64,000 nucleotides of DNA, from assembly GCA_051362555.1 (NCBI GenBank), contig CM120641.1:29766401-29830400 (forward strand), in the 5' to 3' direction. The first letter of the stretch is position 1. Each line of letters begins with the position of its first letter. A program made the position numbers and the translations under genes. The stretch is from Lingula anatina (lineage: Eukaryota; Animalia; Brachiopoda). The notes beneath the pieces were generated by a model. That model saw nothing but the letters and a program-made list of their open reading frames with translations. It searched no databases and was not told where the DNA came from. This document shows positions 1 through 14,100 of the stretch, piece after piece.

Positions 1-2290
1 TAGATCCCAGGTTTGACGCCTTTGTGGAAACTGCTTTCTTATTGGTAGAAACACCTGTCAATCAAAGTGAAATGGTGATCTGAAATAATCTGCTACAAAA
101 TTAGTAATATGAAAGTCTATGTGCAAGTTAAATTATTTGATATGGTCATGATTCAAAAATTTCTACATTCACCTTTAGTATGATTCTTTTTAAGTCGACA
201 TTTAAATACTAGAAATACTAAAAAGCATCAATTAATAATAATGCATTTGCCTAACTGTGAGACTCACAAAGTATGGTGGCCCGTGAGGATCGAAACACAA
301 CCTAGTCTACAAACTAATCCTCACTTAACAAATAAAAAGAACCAGCTAAATTTAAACTCCTCTGAGATGCCTAAGAAACCAGTAACTAGAACTATACCTT
401 TCAAGTGTTTTTAATCTTAATGTTTCCCATATTTTCAAAAAATTGAAAATCTTCTGACTTGTAAACATTTTTCACTTGCCTAAAGACAATATCGAATAAT
501 TATGACATTAAAATCATTTACATAAAAGAAAATTCTACTTACCATGTGGTTTTTAATTTCTGATATGCACTTGACACTACCCACAAAGTGACTGGAAGTT
601 TTAATGAGGATTTGTTTTACACTTTTTTAAAAAAACATATATGCACTCTTAAAAAACATATCAGATTTAGTTGAAAGATGGAGCTAATTATCTTTAATTT
701 TTTTCTTCACAAATACTCCATCTGATTGCACAAATATATCTTTGCTAACTCAAAAAGTTGCCAAGCTGTTATAAAAATTAGCATGCATGATATTTTTTCG
801 AATGAAGTAATTCAGACTAATTCTAAGAATAAGTGGGAGAAAACCCGTGATAGTAATGATATGTGTACAAATTGCTGCTTGTGTAGAAACTGCTACTTTG
901 TAGAGTGATAATAAAATCAAATTGCCAAAATTTATTGCATATATAAGGAAAAGAGTGTACAAAAATAAACCAAACATTTGAGAAACAAAAACATTTTATT
1001 ACTGTTTATTACTATAGCTCAGTAACACCACATGCAATATTCAAAATGCCAGTGCAATATTTTACTGAATATGATGGCCTAACATATAATTTTGTAGGTT
1101 CAAAAAATCAACAAAAGGGTGCTTGGCTTTGAAATTTTAACATGATCAAGAACTGCCCCATTAACCAACTTTTTAAATAAAAACATACAACGTATGTTAT
1201 AACACAAAACCAGTAAGTCTGGAGAAAGAAAGCACGGATCAACATGTCATGATATTATCATTAGAAATATGCTTTATTGTTTCTTATTTAAAATGCTGAC
1301 CCCATGTCCTTCTACAGGGGTCATCCACAGCTGAAAGTTATTGTGGTTCCTCAGATACTGGTGTTCACAGGTACAACCAAGCACAGCAATATGTGTATTA
1401 AGTATAACTCCTGAACCTGAAAATTCCTGCATACAGTTAAGTCAACTACATCTCCCATCTATTATGTTTTAATTAAATCACATGAGCAAAAATGATGTTC
1501 AAAGTTTGTGGATGAAGTTAGTTCGACAATTTTATCAGACAAAAATAACAAATAATGCTGATGACTCCTCACAACTTGCTTCATGTACATGTAGCTCTCT
1601 AGAATAGGTTTGAGCCATTATAAATGACTACATTTGACAAACAGCTTTTTTCCAGTTTTATTTATAACAAATGCTTTTTATATAAATAAGCAATATCTTC
1701 AGTTTTATTCACAGTCTCAAATGCTACCTCTTAAGCTCAGCCACATCCCCTTCTGCTTGGCCTTAATCTCCATTTTACATGTACAAGTCATGTGCTAAAA
1801 CACTTAATCAAAAAATTCACTTTTATCTCACTGACAATTTTGCTTTTGTCATTAAATACCTGGTATAAGTCTAAATTTGAAAACAAAACAAAAATGCAGC
1901 AGTAGTTTAAGCTACTGTCAAAGTGCCCTTGTTTCAGATGTCCCACTTTTAGATATGAAGTGGCCACACATTTCACACGTCACATGTATCTTTTGCCTTC
2001 ACCATACTTTAAAAGATTATAAATAAATAAATACATACAATGATGTGGCCTCTTTTTTCCTTCATGCCCTATGTCAATTTCATCTCCTTTCAATCAAAAC
2101 AATACATCCATTTTCAATACAAGTCTCAATGCTTACACTATTCATGAAGTTGAAATGTTTTGAACATGACTTGTTAATATATGTGATGAATTGCTATCAC
2201 AAATTTCCCATTATTTTGATACAAATAATTTGCATCTTATGCATTTTATCTTTTTCCCCATTACAGTCAGTGGAGAGTTACTTGCCCTTC

Positions 2291-3679
2291 TCATGAGTCC
2301 CATTTTTCGAAGTTATCCAATGGATAGTATTCTCTGTATTTAGAAACATGTCCCTTCATTTCTTCCATTTGTCTTTTTAAGTGCAAGGGCACCTCATCAT
2401 ACACGTCACTAAACATGAGCTCTGGGTTAGGTTTTTTCTTCTTCTCTGCCTTTTGAAACGCTTCCATTACCTGCAAACAAGATGTTTACAGTCAGGTAAT
2501 CTTATATAAATCAAAGGTATGAATTTTATGACAGTACTAGACAATACTTTTTTGTCACAAACCAATTACTAATTACTAGAAGGGAGACTGATGAAGATGG
2601 CCAATGGTCCATTGAAATATTTCATGTGAGTGATTCAATTTTGTAAATAGTTATAGACAAGAATCTATTCTACTAATATCATCCACCAAACTGATAAAAC
2701 TGTTTTAACATAAATGAACTTATGACATATTCACACCCAGAGCCACTGGAATATAATTTTTGGTTTTACAAATGATTTTAGCTATATAATGATCAACAAT
2801 TTTACAAACAAATTTTGTATATTTTTAATTTTTATTCAAATAGAATAGATAAATCACTGACAAAAAAAATCAAGTTATAAAGTGAACATTAATTTGGTTG
2901 AATTACTTAGAAAGAACATTTTTACCTGTTTTCTTGATTCTTTCATCCATTCCTTCTCCATGTCATCATTCCACCAGCCCTTGTTGACCATGTAGTAGCG
3001 TAGTCTGGATATGGGATGGTCCTGCTTGTCCCAGTAGTTGACCTCATCCACTGACCTGTACACTGTGCTGTCATCTGAGGTGCTGTGATGACCCAACCTA
3101 AAAGGTGGCAGTTTATACATATATACATTAATCTGTCCAAAATAATTTTCTTTAACAATGTCTGTGTCATACATATACATGTTCTGTGTCATTCATAATT
3201 CTCAAAATCTGAACCATTATTAGCAAAACAGAAGTTCATATACAACAAAAGGTTTTATTACAAGTGCATACTTATGTTAAGAGTATTACACAAAATTATG
3301 TAATCATTACTTAAATCAAGTAACTTCTACTTTCATTCATATATTTTGTTGTTCAATTTTCCACATAGCACAAACAAAGAAGGTTTTCACCTATATGTCA
3401 TGGCCTCTATAAGTATAGGTCTGCTTCCCTCAACTGCTAATTTTCTTGCTTCCTTTGTGACATTATACATTGCAAAAACATCGTTACCATCGACTCTAAC
3501 AGCTGCCATACCATAGCCTGGGCCACGTGCCGCTGAAATGTACCAGTTAACCTTCAACATGTGCTTCATTTGAAGAAATCGGACAAGGTTATACTATGTT
3601 CATAATACTATGTTTGATTGATAATATCTAAAAAGACAATTCAAAAACTTCTATGAGTTAACTTTTAGTCAGAAAGTAT

Positions 3680-3726
<47 letters not shown>

Positions 3727-6700
3727 CCTATCAGGACATGTACTTTTGAATAAAAATTGAATTCACATGGAAAATGTCATTATTCAGAAATATATGTTCA
3801 ACCCCTTTTTACAGATTTTGATTGAAATTGAAATTCTTACTAGAGTAATAATGACTGATTTTTTTCAAAACAGGGAACAACTAAAACTGGCTGAATCTTC
3901 AAATAAATAAATAAATTAATTAATTCATTAATTAATCAAAATAACATAAACAAGATATTACAATTTTAAACTTCAATAACATATATTTTTATGTTTTCCA
4001 TGTTCAAATTTCCATGTAAGAGCAATTCATACACCAATGGCGAGATTCAATTTAAGGAAATTGGCAATCTGCCGGGATAAGGTGTCAATTGAGATTTCCC
4101 CCCAAGCAATCAAGATTCATAACCAAATGCACCTAAATGTCAAACTATCAGTTCCAAATAGTTAAAGGGATAATAACTCTTCGTATGAGATCTATATTTC
4201 ACAATAAAACATTGTGAATAACTCACAGAAATATAATACAATATATTCTGTTTTACCACAAGAATGGCAGTTATAGCTATTATTCTGATATCTGAGCTCC
4301 TCTTTAGACCACGTGACCTCCATTGATGGCTATACTCTGTTAAAATTAAGTTAAAAGATTTTAACAAAAAAACCAAACTTTTTAGAAAAAAACCAGGGAC
4401 CAACTTTGAATGTAAAAATGGATTCATTAACCATTGGTAAGTATGGGAAAATTGTTGTTTACTCGAGAAAAATTCATTTTTTGGCAGAAACGAAGAGTTA
4501 TTATCCCTTTAAAAACTGTGGCTTATCCATTTATATAAGACAACATATTATTATCTGGGGCTTTTATCTTTAAAAATATTTTCTCATTTTGTTTCCCTTG
4601 GCTAAAATCATTTCAATGTACAACTGACATTGCACGGGGAAGTCCAACTCTAACTTATATTTCACATGAAGTGCTAGCTAGTATAGGCTCACATATTGCC
4701 TTGAGAAAGAAACAGGTATTCATTAGAGCAAGAGTGCCATGTCCAGTCTCGTCATGTCTCATGGTATAAAAATGTTGACACTACACATGCCATCTGTATT
4801 ACTCACCTATACCATCCCCTCTGTACTGATCTTTTGTTGGTGTAGAAATAGCATAACCATTATTACGACTGTAAAACAAAAGATATATATGCAGGTGTGG
4901 TGACTCTGTTGCTAAAACAACACAAATGTCTGCCTCTAACCAAGGATCCAATACAGCTCTAACTTATCAAAGAAAATTTACTTACCCATAAAAATTCAAC
5001 TGAAAAACTGCAGATATCAAAATAAATTAATCTTAAAACACATAGTGCCAAGACATGATTTATTAGCAAAAATGTGACTTAGAAGAGGAAAATTTGAGAG
5101 ATTTTATTTTGTGAATTTTGTATAACAAATGTTATTGTTTTAAGTGCAAGTCATTAGCTTTTCCTTTTAAACTAAACAGACCTTTTTATTAAACAAAAGC
5201 TATTTTTTTCTGAAACATGCCTGTTCTTCATTATTAAATAGGGGCAAGATATCATTCCAACCACAAGTTCTTCCTTTTTATGGCGGGTACTGACAAAAAA
5301 GGTTTTTTGTTAAACAAAACAGAAAGTTGGCAAATATAGTCTACAGACTGTGAACAAAATTGAAGCTGATGCAATTTTGATAACTGTACACTGCTGGAAC
5401 TAGATTTCAGGAATTTCAATGGCTTCCTTCTCAAACAAGTCTCAATTTATTGTGTTAGAGAAGATTAGGGTCATATTGAAGCATGATAGGTCAGGACATG
5501 GGGGCAGGTTGCAACTATTTTGAAAAATAATAAAATACTGCTTGATTTTACTGATTTTCAAACATGACCTGCAATTTGACCATACATATTTCAACTCAAA
5601 GTTATACATTTTGGAAAACATCATCAGCAGCTGATCAAAATCCTGAGCCTATATAAGTGTTGACATACATAAATAGTCAATCATTTCAAAATATACCATA
5701 TACATAGGTGCAAGTTTGAATTGTATGATGCTGTGCACCCTCATATGGCTTACCAAAAGAACAGCACAGGACAATCCAGGGTGGCAGCAAAGTTTAAAGC
5801 AGCATGTGCATCTCCCTCTGAGGCTGCTCCCTCACCAAAATAGCACATAACACAAAGTCCATTCTGTGCGCGCTTAAATGAGTATGCTGCTCCGGAAGCT
5901 ATGTAATGAACAACATACAAAAATATACTGACTTTGCATATAAATCTTGTAACATGTACAAGTAAAACATATATATATTCAGATATTTGCAAAGAAACAT
6001 TGTATTAATATCAAATTAATGCATTAAATATTCAGCCTTCTTAAAACACAATCATCTAATTCAATTCTCTGTTTACAGTAATTCTTACGTATTTTGAAAA
6101 TTTAAAAGTGCACAACACAATGATCAGGGGCGGACTGAGGCCGTCTTCTGGGTCTTTCAGAAGATGGTCAGATTTTCAAGTTTCCATTGACAGGTATCTA
6201 ATTTTTTCTGTCGGAAGACGGTCAAAAATGGAGGGTGGATCAACAAAGATAATTTAGAAGACTGTCAGGAAAAAGCTCTGGATCCGCCCCTGATGGTAGT
6301 GTAAAAAGTAATCTGAGATAAGAATGGGGTAGCAAGCACTGTGCATCATCTTGCATCCATCAACACTTTGACATTATTGCTGCTCTATAAGAGACAACAT
6401 TTTGCAAATGTCAAAGAATGAATGAAAGCAATAAATCCATTTACATGAGAAAAGCACATCAAAGATGGCACACATACAGACATTAAACAAAGGAATTAAA
6501 AGATACAGATTCAATTACATACAGGCAAGATGGGTATAGTAGCTTATGTTTGCTAAACTTAGTAGTTAAATTTGCCCTTGACAATATCTAAACTTTCAAC
6601 ATTCTTCTGCAAGAAAATTGTGAAGGAAATTCCAGACATTCTTAATACAGTCATTATGTTTTAAAGGCATTTTTGTGTGACTACTAGTAAATTAAATTCA

Positions 6701-7034
6701 AATCTATATTTTCAAAAAACTATGGTGACAACACAGAACAGACACTGATTATTAGAATAAATACAGGCACTATGTCTGTATATAATTATAGCAAGAATGA
6801 AATGAACAGTGCATCTAATGTGCACAAGAGATACAAATCATTACAACCAATTTAGTAATAGAACTACTGATACCTCACTATAATTGACCCATGCAAAAGT
6901 GTATATATAATGAGCACATTAAGCAATGAGAAGCATAATCAATAGTACATAATCAAGGTCAAATTGTAGTTATCAAGATTAAGCAAAGATTTGCACTTAT
7001 TTCTTTTCAAAAGTTTACAAAAAAGAAAAAGAAA

Positions 7035-7098
<64 letters not shown>

Positions 7099-10000
7099 AA
7101 ATTTGGCAACTAAAATTCAAACCAAACACAAATGGGGTAAATCAGTTGGAATTGATAATATTGATCATTGCAAAGCTTACCCTGACACATCTGAGTAGCT
7201 AATGTGGAGGAAATGGTAACAAAATGGAGATCTTTTGAGCCATAGTGCACTGGCATCTGTCGTCCCTTTGCACTATCTCCTATATTAGCATAACACTGGT
7301 CCATGAACTGCTCCAAGTGGAACCCCCTCCACATCAGCACCCCTTGGTGGAAACAAATATGCAAACTACCAGGAATTGTGTTTGGTCCAAATAAATACAT
7401 ACACAGAAATAAACCAATAAATAAAACAAAAATTATAGATGTCAAAACATTGTCAAAAGACAATGAATGAAACTGGTGAATCTGGGGTCAGCCTAAAATA
7501 GTTATTTGTTTAGTAGCTTAAAATTACTGCCTGAATTACATTGTATTTTCAATGAGCAGGGTAAGCCCAGAGAAAAGCCATCATGATTATAAGTCCGACT
7601 GGTCGTGTAAGCTTAAAGGTATCCTATCCAAGATTTTCCCACCAAATTAAATTTTCCTCAAAATTTTTTCTCTTCCTCATATAACAATGGGAACTGTCCC
7701 TGCAATTAGATTTTTATATCATTTTTAATCAAACAATTTAGTTCTTAATGACCACCAAGTCATACATTTCAGAAGGAAATATCAATACCAAGTACTTTTA
7801 CTTGATGGGTTTTTATCATTAGTATAGTCTGAATAGGGAAAAGATAAGTAGTTGTGCAGGATTTGTAGACATCGAAAATATCACATTTTAAAATGCTGAT
7901 AGTATACCTTTAAGCACCACCAAAAGAAAGGCAAAGCAAGCAGATCCCTGAAATATAACAATAAGAAAATAAAAAAAGCGTTTCTTGTCCTTGCAATCAC
8001 TGGTTATCAAAGCAGCATGGAATAATGTGTGCTTATTTCTGGGTTGGTGTGTTAAAGCACTAAGAAGCATAAAAAACAACAACAACAACAAAAAAAATGT
8101 CAAACTTCTTAACCTTGGGGAAGTTGCGTCCCTAGTGGCGAGGATATAGTGACAAAGTTAAACTCTCTTGAGCCATAGTGCACTGGCATCTGCCGTCCAT
8201 GAGCTGCATCGTCTACATTGCCGTAGCACTGAGACATACAATTGTACAGGGAGAAGCCTCGCCACAATAAAACCCCTGTTAAGGATGAGCCAAAAGTTAT
8301 TCAGCAAGATCTATCCTTCAAATATTCAAGTTATGTACATGCCGGCCACTTTAAAGATGGAGATTATTTCTGGAAGTACTCATGAAAGATTTATTTTACA
8401 AGAATACTAAAATAATCACTCCACAAAAAAAGTAAGTATTCATTTCACAAAAAATATACAAAGTAATCATTTGATAAATAACAACAATCTTCATGAACTA
8501 AACAGTGAAGTAGGCAAATATACAGACACTCAACAGAAAAAAAAACTAATTCCAAGGGATTGGGTTGGACCCTCAACCAAAGCTAGATTTTGGAGTGATT
8601 AATTAGCAATTACAATTCAGCCAATTAAGTATAATAAGTAAATGAAAAATCATTAATATTAATGAGAACGCAGCAGCATTGAGGGGGGGGGAGTATGCAC
8701 TCTCTGAGTGCTTTCCTTGTTTATGCAATGGAATCCTGCTGCATATACAGTAGTAAACCTACAATGTTAATGCATTGGAAGTGTAAGATACGCAATGTAC
8801 ATAGCGCACAGAGGTGAATACAGATGTGACAGACAGACAGGTGAAAATCGACAGTAAACATCTAGTGCAGTATTAATAAACAGGAGTATACAAAGTAAGG
8901 ATTTTTAATTTAATTTATAATTTGTTACATGCTAGTTAATTATACCTTTAGTCACAGTTTGTATTCATTTAATTTTTTTTTATTTATTTTATTTTTGGAC
9001 AGCACCTGATGATCAACAAGTTTCCAAAGCACTCTACTTGAATTACAAATGAACTCTTTATCTACAGAATCAGTGCAGGTTTTCCCAGTAACATACAAAA
9101 TGGCCCGAATAGCAAGTAGATTGCTTGTTAAATGGTTTCTGTGAGAGATATCAACAACAAATCACTAATCCAGCAGGTGGCCTTTTTGCCTGCCAAAACC
9201 AGCAGAATCCAGTCTATGATGGAAAACTTCTGGCACAGACAGAGAAGTGTGACGTGGCACCACAACATTTAATGTAATTAAAATTATTGAAATTAAAATT
9301 TACTGAAACATAAAAATAGTTTGGCAGTTATATTGTTAACAAATGTGTCAGACAGTGACAGTGACTACACTGATATATACAGGTAATCAGAATATATACA
9401 AACACTGAGTGTATGTATATAAAAACTCAAAACTGGTCTATTTCTAAAAAAAAAAAAGAATACATACGTTTAATAAAATTAACATCTTTGCAGCAAAAAT
9501 TTTTCAATTCTTACAACTAAAATTGTTTTTCTATTATATTTTTTTCAAAAAGCAAATATTCTAACAACCCCTCCCTCCCCCTAAAAAATACTTCCAAAAA
9601 ATCTAAATGAATGTAAATCATACTATACTTGTATTTCACAAAGCCGTTTTATTTAAAACTTTCACTTTCAGTAAATCCGATTTACTGAAAGTTCATTTTG
9701 TATAAATCCACTGAATATCTCCACTTGATGTATGTTTTGTCCAGCTGCTCTGCTGACTTGACTACATCTGAGGAGGAGGTGGCTGTGATGGGGCAGTCAC
9801 AAAGTCTACCAGTTGTTGTTGCTTCTGGGATTTTTTGTGAAGAAAAGTCATCAAACACAGGTATTCTGTGGATCCATATAAATTGAACTTTCTTTCCATA
9901 TTACTATATTACTATCCGGTGGAGTTATTTGGGCTCCTATATACGATTTATTTCACTTACCTGCTTCCCTGTACTGTCCAAACACAAGGTCTTTGTCATT

Positions 10001-11055
10001 CAGAGCTGCTGCTGACCCAATATGTGTAGCCTCTTCTCCAAAGTTTGTCATGTAAAATGAAATTCTACCTTGCCGCTGGGATTCATATAAAACTCTGTCC
10101 ATGGTGTTTAACAAAGTCATTTTCCTGTACATATTTGTTACCATCTCCTGGCTCAGCTGTAATAAATATATATTCATTTCATTTAAAAAGGGTGAATCAT
10201 AAGTTTATGATTTTCTTCCAAATTTATTCATCAAGGAAACATTTTATTACATTTCAAAAAAATTCTCATTCATTCTCATTATAAATAAGGCTTCCATTAT
10301 ATGTCCTGTTTCTCTTGCTATGCTTATCAATGTTTTTCTAATTACAGATATGTGATGATTTTTATCACCGTCTCTGCTACTACACTATAATAATTTATCA
10401 CTGCTTTAACAAGAAACTTTCAACCTCACTGATCAATGACATTACATCACTCTAATACATCAGCTCTCATTATTTCTGATTGTTTTGTAAAAACACAGAA
10501 AAATCAGTTAGTAAAGTATATCATATTCAATATCATATTAAAATAACAGAAACAAAGTCACCACATAATTACATTTTTTAAACATAGAAAAAGAAGGATG
10601 TATTGAATCCATTTCTTATATGAAAATTATTGGAAGATCATCATTTACTGGTATATAGCACTGCACTGCATATGAATATAATTGATAAACTGAGAGTGGG
10701 TGGTCTAGGGAAGCTTTATCTTTTATGTACTTTTGCCAGAGTTATTTAGGAGTGGACATGGGTCTAACACATTCATTACTCTTTTTCACTGGACATCAAC
10801 TCAATATGGGACCAGGGTCCCATATGTTCAGGGACCAGAGGATTCCTCTACCCCTGCAACAAGGACAGAGCTTCAGCTCCTCAGGATTTCAAAGTCACAT
10901 TTGGGAAATCTAAATTTGTGAAAAATGAAAAATTTGCAAAACACTTCATATGCCTTAGAGTCAAGCAGGTTTCTACTCAAAATCAAGCTTCCTTTCAGTC
11001 CTTGTTTATCATTTAAAGTCACATGGTTTTCCTTCCATTGTGTTTACTATCAAAA

Positions 11056-11106
<51 letters not shown>

Positions 11107-14100
11107 AACCCAGAAAAGTGCAAGGTGACACCAACAGCACCACCAACAGGATACATACAGCAAAAACAGATGCAGGTGAGGGTTATATGTCCAGACACAT
11201 TGTGTCTGTCCACAAAATGTCAACACGATTATAATCCTATTATACAAAATGCACACTTTTAAAACATAAAATCATATTGGTGTGAACCATAATCATGGTC
11301 TTTTTTTCTTTTTAATTCACCTGTGGATCTTGGCTCTGGTCGAGAATCTTGCCCTCTCTGTTCATCACCCTATACACTGGAATCCCATCATAGATGTCAG
11401 GTTGTGTAAATTCGAGCTTTTCACTCCAGCTTCTTGTTTTAGAACCAGGAAACTGTGGCCTGTCCTCAATGTAGCTCTGTTTAATGGGAGCCGTATGCTT
11501 TGGAGGAACTGATGATGTTTTCCACTGAAAATAATTTGAAGGTCATCATATTATACACTTTAACTGCTAACTATAGGGTTAATTTCATGTATCAACTTTT
11601 TTAGTATAATGCAAAGTAGTACAGCTGCAATTACATCATCACTGCTGCAAGAATCCAAATTTAATTAAATATTGGCAATGATGCTTTTTCCATTTTGACC
11701 TTTTTATGTAGAACCTAAAAAGGGTAATTTGACTGCATCATGTCATGCAAAGACCAAATTCAGTATCTTTGCACATAAATTTTAGACTGCCATAATGATA
11801 TGTGAAAACTTGGATCTATGCTTTACTGACAAACAATTCATTTACATAGCTAGAATCCCAAGGTTGTTTTTTGGCCAGTTCTGACAAGTTTTTTTTAACC
11901 CTCATCATTACAATATCATTTGGTTGATTACGTTTGGTTGATCAGGTTTACCAAATTTGAGCATCCACTGCAGGCATCCATTGCAGGTGTGCAAACTGGT
12001 ATTTATTTAATTTTAAATGACTTTGTATTCATGCATTTGCACGTCCAGTACATATCAGAATCATCAATAGGAGTGCTAAGGCACGAGTTTTGTGCTATAA
12101 GAATGCCATCATCAAGAACTGCTATTACTGTGAGTGGTATTTTGGTATTTGGTGATACTCTGGTCTAAGTGTTAGCTAGGCAAGCCTTGAGATTTCGTCT
12201 TTTCATGAAAAAAACTAAGAAGAACACTAACACTTAAAATAGTATGTGTAATAAGTTCGAAGTACACTTAAAATAATATGTGCACGGAGGAAAGACGAAT
12301 CTTGGGTTTCTTCATTTCAAAAGTGCCCATAAAAGTTAGCGTGGCTGCCAAATTATTGTCTGATATTTTATGCTTCGATAAAACGGCGATGATACATGTA
12401 CATTTACTAGTCTACCATGCAGATTGCAATAATTCTTACAGTCGGTTACAGGATTACTGAACCCAGAACGAGGCTCTCATTTTGGACTAGGGTAAAACAT
12501 TGGCTTGCGCCCATTACTCTCAATGTTAAATTGGTGAACTTTGATCGTTCATATCAAGCAGACCAGAGGACAATTACTTGTGACAACCACTTGGTTATAT
12601 TCACTAGAGTTTTTAGCGTCAGTCAATGGGCCTCAGGAGGATTTTCTAGAGCTGATGGTGATTTTATCAGCGATAATACCAACACTCCTCCAACGGGCTG
12701 CAATTTCAGTTTACACCAGATGCATGTTGTAATAGGTATATTTTATCGTCTGTATCAAGTATATCTGTGAACAAATACGCATGACAACTGTTTGTTGATA
12801 TTCACTTACGTATTTAGCTCAGGGAAATTGCCATCAAAAGGATTTTCTAGCGTCAGTGGCGACTTTATCAACGATGCTAGTGTACTATTTTTAAAGCAAT
12901 TTTTCCTACTGGGACACTATGACCTATACGCACCCAGTTCATTAATATACAGTCAGAATTCTTGTATAATAAAATCATTATCTAAACAAAGAAAACTATT
13001 ATATTCATATTGCTTTTAGAGGTCTCAGTTTGAAAGATTTGATAAGCTAGAAAAGGAGGCTTGGGTAGCACTGCTCAGTCCTGTCGTGTTCGAAGCAGGT
13101 GTCTCAAGTAATGCAATTAATGTGCTTTCAAAAAGAATTTTAATTTGTCACTGCTGTGTTTTTCATTAAAATTTATTTTTCTACTGTTGTCTGGATTATG
13201 TTTGAAGAGACTATGAAATACTTTTTTAGCTTTTATAATTTCTGCAAAAACGTAAAAAATTTCATTAGAGGCCTGCCAAAATTATTTTTCATAAATAGAT
13301 TCATCCATAATTATCCAATTAAACAAAAAGTTTTGAATGAAAGCCTCACTTTAATCTTTATAAATTGTCAAAATCTACAAATCATTTTTGACTCTGATGC
13401 TAAATGAAGTTCATGGTGTTTTTTTTTTTTTTTTTTTTAGAAAATAATATAAATTTATACAGTAGTGATTTCATTTTCATTTTTAGAACATCAGACTCAA
13501 TATCACAATACAAAGTATGATCTATAAAAATCTGAATTGAATGCATATTTAACCGTCATAAATCACTTTGAATTCTTAAACAAAATGCAAAATGAAAGAT
13601 ACAATAAAACTTGTTGACTTTAAATTTACATTTTATTTCTATCTACATGTATAAGGTATGTAAGAAAGGAGTTATAAAATTCCTTGACATATGCTGTAAA
13701 GTTCCATTCTGAATTAACATTTGTACAGTAAAAATGAATTAGAATTTCTATATCACACTTAAGCAAATATAACAGTAGTGTCCAATCCATAACAAAAATT
13801 TGATTGCTGAGTGTTTTTTTCTAATTGCATGGGTTAATAGATTTTACTCAGCAAACAGCTCCACCCGCTTGTTTCTTCCAGTTAATCATATACTGGAGTA
13901 TGTGCATTGATAGCCTTTCTTGCGTTCTATCCTCTTGATGAAAGTGTGCAACATCACAAAGATAAGGTATTACTTATCTGTTCCAATAGCACATTATTGC
14001 CATTTACACACTTCATAGTACAATAATTAAATGATTTATTGAGTATGTAAAAATTTCATTCTGTCCATGATCTCAATTCTGTCTGCAGCAACATGGGTAT

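Noticed and set aside
8168-8410. Plus-strand 80-aa ORF ([13 protein letters not shown]...)
   Set aside because: Antisense shadow of BCKDHA exon 4a; the conserved frame is on the minus strand.
9690-9890. GC-richer stretch in BCKDHA intron 3 with open frames on both strands, considered as a third alternative exon
   Set aside because: No similarity to BCKDHA and no convincing phase-compatible splice sites.
12417-13019. ORFs and a diverged local duplication (aggattttctag.. at ~12638 and ~12839) in BCKDHA intron 1
   Set aside because: No recognisable protein; probably an old repeat remnant.
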